From: Mantamonas sphyraenae STR306
Taxonomy: Eukaryota; Protista; CRuMs
Reading direction: 5' to 3'
DNA: 64,000 nucleotides
NCBI GenBank assembly: GCA_026936335.1
Contig: JAPMXV010000046.1
Span: forward strand, 1-64,000
Part shown: in pieces, positions 58,098-64,000 of the stretch
How positions within the stretch are numbered: the first letter of the stretch is position 1
How the letters are laid out: each line of letters begins with the position of its first letter
Notes under the pieces: model-generated
Database searches by the model: none
The model's input: the letters and a program-made list of their open reading frames with translations, nothing else
What the model was told of the DNA's origin: nothing
Translations under genes and position numbers: made by a program

Positions 58098-59186
58098 TCA
58101 CCCCAAGCTCCCGATCCACTCTTGCAAAGCCGGCCCCACCTCTGCGTCCGAAAACACGTCCCGCACCAGCGTGTACACGAGCACATCGTCCAGCCACACA
58201 TCCTCTGGTCCTTCTTTGCTGCATTCGTTGCACAGCCGATGGTAGTGGGTCTCTCGATCCATCCGCGGGCGCTCTTGGCACCGCAAACAAAGCTGCAAAT
58301 TGACCGTGTCGCCCAATCCGAGTGCATCCATCAACTGTGCCACATTCAGCCACTGCAACATGTCCATTTCCACGTGTTTGTACCGTTTTTTGGCCAGAAT
58401 GCCGCTGAAACGCTCGGAGAACTGCTCGGGGAAGCTGAGCAGCTCATCCCGCAGGTCGCCTTCGCCCACGTACATCATAATCAGTGCATACACGCCACTT
58501 GGCCACCAAACATACCGAATTGTGTCTCCTGGTGACTTTTCGTTGGCGTAGAGCAGTTGCACCAGCTGTTCCGAGGTGGAATCCGAAGCCAACCAGCCGC
58601 TCTCCTCCTTCCATTCACGCACTGCAGTCACCTCCACAGATTCGTCCTCCTTGTCCCTCATACCACCTAGAAAGTTGAGTTGCACAGGCCTGTTCTTCCT
58701 CTTCTCTTTCGGCCGTTCCCTGTCGCTCCGTCGCTCACCACCGAGGAGCCCGACCAGCTGGCCCTGGGCGTCGTGAGTCAGGAGAAGGAGCCCACCTCCT
58801 CTATAGCCCAGACGCTCGCTCACGTAACAGCGCGGGCCTATGTACGCAGGAGTGGCCTGGGCAGCTCGTCTGTGGGCTCGCTTGCTCTTCGGCTGCTTGC
58901 CTTTCTTCTTGGAATCCTCCCGTTCGACAAAGTGCCATTCGCCCTCCTCATCACATTGCACGCGATAGTCAAACCCGAGCACATCCACATCCATGGCTGT
59001 CAGCATCTCATCCACCTGTTCCCTCTGCAAGTGCTCGTGCCTGCACTCTTGCCCGAACCTGCACTCGTTGCTTCCGAGAAACGCAGCACACACATGCAAT
59101 CCACGACAATTGCGACTGCCACGCTTGCATCCTCCGGTGAGGTGGAACAGGCACAAACGTGCATCCTCATTGTCGGCCTGGGACAT
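58098..59186 (-). CDS. Tandem CCCH zinc finger plus Nudix hydrolase protein
   Basis: CLFHLTGGC...C...H and CAAFL...C...C.HEH; Nudix box GGMRDKEDESVEVTAVREWKEESG. Confidence 0.85.
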   Translation of the reverse strand: MSQADNEDARLCLFHLTGGCKRGSRNCRGLHVCAAFLGSNECRFGQECRHEHLQREQVDEMLTAMDVDVLGFDYRVQCDEEGEWHFVEREDSKKKGKQPKSKRAHRRAAQATPAYIGPRCYVSERLGYRGGGLLLLTHDAQGQLVGLLGGERRSDRERPKEKRKNRPVQLNFLGGMRDKEDESVEVTAVREWKEESGWLASDSTSEQLVQLLYANEKSPGDTIRYVWWPSGVYALIMMYVGEGDLRDELLSFPEQFSERFSGILAKKRYKHVEMDMLQWLNVAQLMDALGLGDTVNLQLCLRCQERPRMDRETHYHRLCNECSKEGPEDVWLDDVLVYTLVRDVFSDAEVGPALQEWIGSLG

Positions 59187-59378
59187 TTTCCGTGGCTCAC
59201 GTGGCGGACGGGCCCCGCCATGGTTGCTGCTGCCACATTCACTACCCGACTTCCTCTTTCATCACACGCATGCACACGCATTCAAACCCCCCAACCCATC
59301 TTCCTCCTCATCTTTGTCCCTCGGACCACGCCCTCGTGCGCAAGAAAAAACCCACCCCAATCGTTCAAGCAATCGCTC

Positions 59379-62074
59379 ATGGCTGACTCGGATCAAGAGG
59401 AGCAGTACAGCGACTTTGAGGACGAAGAAGACGACGCCTTTTCGTTCTCAGCCGCATCGTCGTTGACACCCATCTCGTCGGCGGCCGAGCAAAGCCCTCG
59501 TGGCCATCATCATGGCCGCCATGGCGGCAGGGTCCTCCAGCCCTCCACATTGTCTGTGGCTGGCGAGATCGAACGGCTGCAGATTGAACTGCGCAAGAAA
59601 GACCTCATGCTGGATAACATCCGCAACGAACATGCCCTCCGGGTGCGCCAGATGGAGGCCAATCTCGAGGATGCCATCCACCAGAAGAAGCTTGCTGAAC
59701 TCAAACTGGACACCGAGCTCAAGCGCTTCCAGGCTCGTGTTCACAGTGTGCAAGAGGCCACTCAGAGCGAACTCAAGCTTGTGCGCGAGAAGCAGGCCCA
59801 GGTCTGTTGGGTGTCGTCGGCCTTTTGTTTGTTGTGCAGCCCCCGTTTTGCGCGCCAAGAACGTTGTCCAAACTGACCCGTGTTGCTTCGCTCATGCCCC
59901 GTGTACCATCACAGCTCCTTGCCCAAAACCCCATCCTACGCGAACGCTTTGAAGATATCAAATCACAACTTGGCGACATGACCATTATGGAGTCCCAGTA
60001 CGTGGCAGCGTGTCTCGCAACATTTCCCGTTTGTCCGAATCGTCCTTTTTGCGCGCCCCTCACCCGTGCAGGAGGCCCCATCGCTCACACCCAACCCCCT
60101 CGCCCCTTGCGTCACCGCAGTTACATCGAACTGAAGGCCATTCCCGAGTCCCGTCAAACGATGCAGCAGTATGTGCTGTGCAAGGTGCACGAAAAGGTTA
60201 CCCAGGCCAAGGAAGAGCGGGACGCCCTCAAACAGCAGCTGGCCAGCACAGCGTAGGTTTTGCCCCCAGTGTGTGGAGCCCATCCAACGGGTGTCCTATT
60301 GCCTCCCCTCGTCTCCTCAACGCGTATCCCTTATCTGTGCACTGACTTTGTGGCCCATTTCTTTGCAGCGAGGCCTTGGAACGCATGACAATGGAAAACA
60401 CTCAGCTGCGCCGCGAGAAGGAGGCGGTGGCCAAGAGCTCTGCCAGTGTGGAGAAGGAGCTCACGCTGGCGCTCAATGTGAGCGAGAGCAAGGTACAGCG
60501 CTTGACTGATCAGCAGCAGCACAACATGCTCCAGGTTGAGGAGATGAAAGCTAAAGTGCAGGTGTTCGACCAAACCGCAGCCTCGCTCAAGGAGTTGCAG
60601 CAGGAAGCATCCAAGCTGCGTTCCGAGCACCACCTGGCCACAGCTCAGCTTGAGGCTGCACAGCGTGAACGGGAGTCCATGGCCGGCCAGCTCACCGAGG
60701 CCCTGCAGAACGTCGAACTCTTGCAGCGCGACAAGCGATACCTCACCAAAGAAGTGGACTCACTCAGCGAAAAGAGCCACCGCGCGATGCAGGAGCTAGA
60801 GAAGGCCAACAAGACCTTGGAGGAGGTCAAGGCGTCGCGCGAGCAGATCTACGAGCGCTTCCTTTCGCTGCATACCGGTAGCAAGGAGGATTTCCAGTCG
60901 CGGCTGGCCAGTGAAATCGCAAAGATCCAGAAGCAGACGGAGAAGGACATTGAGCGCATCCGCAAGGACTCGCGGGAGCTGGCAGATCGTGAAAGTGCTG
61001 CATTGCGTGAGGCGCGCAACGAAGCGCTGCTGGAGAAGGAGAAGCTGATGGCAGAACTGGACGAGGTCAAGTCCAACTATGAAGAACTGCGCGACGAACA
61101 CCGACGCTCGTTGATGGAATTGCGCGGTACGATTGCTGAGCTGGAGAACAAGCTGCGGATCAAAGGGTTCGAACACGACCGTCTGCACATCAGCTACGAA
61201 GACTCCAACCGCAAGGCCCAGGAGCTGGAGTTGCAGGCGGACATGTACAAACAAAAGGTGGAGCTGGTTACGCAGGAGTACTACCAGCAGCAGGCCGACA
61301 GCGCACGGCAGATCGCTGAGCTGGAGGCGCGGCTTGGTGGGCACTCGCAACGCTTGCGTGCGTACGAGGCCCTTGAAGCCGAGCTGGATCAGGCTTTGGA
61401 ACTGGCCGGGGACGACGAGCAGTCACACGATCTGGTTGCGTCGTTGGGTGCCTCTGTGCCCACCAGCAGCAACAGGCGCATGAAGCAGACGGTCAAGTTG
61501 AGCAAGCGGATCGTGCAGCTGGAAAAGGACAACCTCAACCTACGCACGGCACTTAAGAAGGAGGAGGACCGTGCAGTGGGCTTGCTGGAGCAGGTCAAGG
61601 AGAGCAACGCCAAGCTGGAGCGCACACAGCAGCCGTACTCGTATCTTGTGGAGAGTATGCAGCTGCGAGACAACGAGATCAAGGCAAAGAATGAGAGCAT
61701 CAAGACACTGGAGAGCGATCTGGACGAGCTGCAGCGCAAGAACGACGCTCTGAGCAAAGAAAACGCGGAGATGCGTGGCGACCTGGAGCGCTTGTTTGCC
61801 CAACGACAGAAGTTGGAATCGCTGCACCAGAAAATTCTCAGCCAGTCGACAGGAAAACTGTCGACCAAACGCCGGGGCAAGGCCAAAGGCAAGGCAAGGG
61901 CAAGGGCAAGGGCAAGGGCAAAACGGCCGCAGCGACGAGGAAGACATCGATCCGCAGCAAGGATCGCCGCCCAGTGTGTCGGCCAGCACGGGGACAATCG
62001 GGTTGCGCTCGCAGGCAAACAGACGCAAGGCGGATGCGCAGCAGGAGATGCAACCGGCAGCATTTGTGGTTTGA
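59379..62074 (+). CDS. PIBF1: Progesterone-induced blocking factor 1 / CEP90 centriolar coiled-coil protein; C-terminus uncertain
   Basis: IELRKKDLMLDN, YIELKAIPE, LQRDKRYL, VPT...RRMKQTVKL, QQPYSYLVE; three introns between 59.8 and 60.4 kb. Confidence 0.85.
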
Positions 62075-62092
62075 CAGGAATGGAACTTGCTC

Positions 62093-63133
62093 TCATTTGG
62101 GCCGGAACACATCTCGGATGGCACCCCATACGCCCGATGATCGCTTCTTGGCCCCCTCCCAACGCCGCAGATCTTCTTCTCGGTCCACAGGCGTGTACCA
62201 CGACGGGAAGTGTGCCTCGAGGTGTGGGTTGAATCGGTAGTTGAGAAGCAGCTCTGTTTGGTCATCTGTGTCGTGTCCAATGTATCGTGTGGCCACAGAA
62301 ACGACCAAACGCACAGGGATACTCGCTCCAGCAGGGCCAGACGTGTCTACATCGCGGCTGTCGGGCTCAATAAAGTTAATGGAGGGCAACCAGTCCTCCA
62401 GCGAAGCGTCTGGCAACTTTCCAGGTTCAATGTCCAGTGCATAGTTGACCACATTGGGTTGCTCCCCCGCGGGTGGGTGGTTGGCGTACTGGGCTATCGC
62501 AAAGGCGTTGTGAGGCTTGGCGGCGATTCGCTGTGCGAGGCGTGCATTGATGCTTGGCGAGCCATCGTCTTCGTTGTCGTCTTGATCCAGCAGCTGGACA
62601 GCAGCCTGGACCTCTGGGCGGCGATGCGTGGCCCACGCGTTTCCGTCGACAATTGTTCCGTCGTAGCAACTGTAGAGGAAGCCGTTCTCGTCGGCAATGT
62701 TTGGGAAGCCTGGCAGGTGGCGAAACTGGGCTGGTCGAAAGACGACACCGGCATAGAGACCAACGACAGTGCCCTTTTCGGCCATGCCATGCAAGATGAC
62801 GCCCAACCCGGCGTCGGGGATGTCGCTCGGTTGCAAGGAGAGAGAAAAGTCGGACTGGGAGCGCAGGGAACCCAGCTGAGCACAGATGTTTGTGTCAAGC
62901 AAAGCCTTGAGGTCCGGGACAGGCAGTTGCATGATGCGCTTGGACTCGACCTCGACAAAGTGCTGGATGAGTTCGTCGGTGGGTTCGTGTGGGTCGTCAA
63001 GTTTGCTCTGCTCGGCATGAAAAGTGGTGAGCAGACACAGGCGGCGCATGTCGATTTCTTCTTGCAGCGTGCGTGTGGCAAAGCGTCTGTCCACCTCTCG
63101 GGTCACTGCGCGATCCAGCCACCTGCGGAACAT
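62093..63133 (-). CDS. SETD9-like SET-domain protein
   Basis: S.IPDAGLGV...GTVVGLYAG, YDGTIVDG, NAFAIAQYANHP, VATR.I...ELLLNY. Likely start MFRRW at 63133. Confidence 0.8.
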   Translation of the reverse strand: MFRRWLDRAVTREVDRRFATRTLQEEIDMRRLCLLTTFHAEQSKLDDPHEPTDELIQHFVEVESKRIMQLPVPDLKALLDTNICAQLGSLRSQSDFSLSLQPSDIPDAGLGVILHGMAEKGTVVGLYAGVVFRPAQFRHLPGFPNIADENGFLYSCYDGTIVDGNAWATHRRPEVQAAVQLLDQDDNEDDGSPSINARLAQRIAAKPHNAFAIAQYANHPPAGEQPNVVNYALDIEPGKLPDASLEDWLPSINFIEPDSRDVDTSGPAGASIPVRLVVSVATRYIGHDTDDQTELLLNYRFNPHLEAHFPSWYTPVDREEDLRRWEGAKKRSSGVWGAIRDVFRPK

Positions 63134-63187
63134 CGGTGTCGTCGTGGGTTCGCCAGCGCGGCTTGGCACAACAACGGAGTAGAGTAG

Positions 63188-64000
63188 ATGAGCAGCAGCA
63201 GCAGCGACAACAACGGCGACAGCGGGATGCCCGGGAAGATGCGGTGTGTGAGTGTGCTGTACACGGGCAAGGTGCAGGTTCAAGTCAAGGAGGACGGCCA
63301 AGACGGCGAGGTGGAGTGGCGCGTGTTTGACGACGCGTGTGCCACGCAGAGCGTCGAGGTGCAACTGGGAAGCAACCAGTGTCTGCCCGTGCTGGAAGAG
63401 CAGTTGGCCAGCATGGCCGTCGGGGACAAAGGCGTGGTGCGTTGTGCGGCGTCGCTGGTACTGGACAAGGAACGCCGCGAGGCCCTGGGCGTGGCCGAGG
63501 AAGGCGAGGCCGAGTACAACGTGGAGGTGGTGGCAGAGAGGGAAGAACAGGCGGCACGGAAGCCTCAGAGTGCAGACGAGGCAGTGGCCATGGCAGAGGA
63601 GTGGAAGCGGGAAGGAAACACACACTACAACAAGCGAGAATGGAAGCAGGCCGGCAGCATGTACAGGATGGCCCTGATGGCCCTGGAGACAATGGAAAAG
63701 GACAGTGAACTGTCACAGCAGCTGGTTTCGGGTGGCCAGGGAAAGGTCAACAAGCTGCGTGTTGCACTGCTGAACAACTGGAGCACAGTGCTTTGCAAGG
63801 ACGACGCGTGGACGCAGAACAAGGCTGTGTGTGACCGTGTGTTTAAGAACAGCACCCAAGTGCTGCGCATTGACGATGTGTCAGCCAAGGCACTGTATCG
63901 TAGGGGCCAGGTGTATGCACTGCGCGAAGAGTGGCAACAGGCCGTGGACGACCTGGAACGCGCCATGCAGCTCGCTCCAAAGGACTCTGCCATACGCACA
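63188..64000 (+). CDS. FKBP-type PPIase-like domain plus TPR protein; runs off the window
   Basis: Open frame from ATG 63188: VSVLYTG, VQLG...LEEQLASMAVGD, YNVEV, WKREGNTHY, KALYRRGQ. Confidence 0.88.
   Translation, partial: MSSSSSDNNGDSGMPGKMRCVSVLYTGKVQVQVKEDGQDGEVEWRVFDDACATQSVEVQLGSNQCLPVLEEQLASMAVGDKGVVRCAASLVLDKERREALGVAEEGEAEYNVEVVAEREEQAARKPQSADEAVAMAEEWKREGNTHYNKREWKQAGSMYRMALMALETMEKDSELSQQLVSGGQGKVNKLRVALLNNWSTVLCKDDAWTQNKAVCDRVFKNSTQVLRIDDVSAKALYRRGQVYALREEWQQAVDDLERAMQLAPKDSAIRT

Noticed and set aside
63134-63625. N-terminal extension of the 510-aa minus ORF
   Set aside because: It is the antisense of the FKBP-TPR gene; the SET-like protein plausibly starts at 63133.

Overview
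Left end of a chromosome from a compact, GC-rich, intron-containing eukaryote. It is probably a flagellated protist, given TTAGGG telomeres, WDR17, PIBF1/CEP90 and a four-domain Cav channel. Layout: (CCCTAA)n telomere at 1-169. A subtelomeric block (170-13.4 kb) holds a telomere-truncated ORF, 148-bp repeats, three tandem paralogues of an unrecognised nuclear protein with four homologous domains and hypervariable HTH-like patches, and ankyrin/LRR debris. Next is a ~1850-aa secreted precursor alternating acidic spacers with antimicrobial-peptide-like cationic modules (13.5-19.7 kb). The rest is a tightly packed housekeeping region: lipocalin, ThiF/E1-like enzyme, GULO/ALO, MUB/UBL3, WDR17, NAD kinase, CCDC43, EEEE Cav channel, ~5000-aa HECT ligase, LSM4, UFM1, USP12/46, saccharopine dehydrogenase, CCCH-Nudix, PIBF1, SETD9-like and FKBP-TPR. 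Several genes show same-sign one-base frame breaks, most likely consensus errors. The two best candidates for new biology are the diversifying modular subtelomeric family and the Arg-rich polyprotein. Family assignments are from motif recognition by eye, not database searches.
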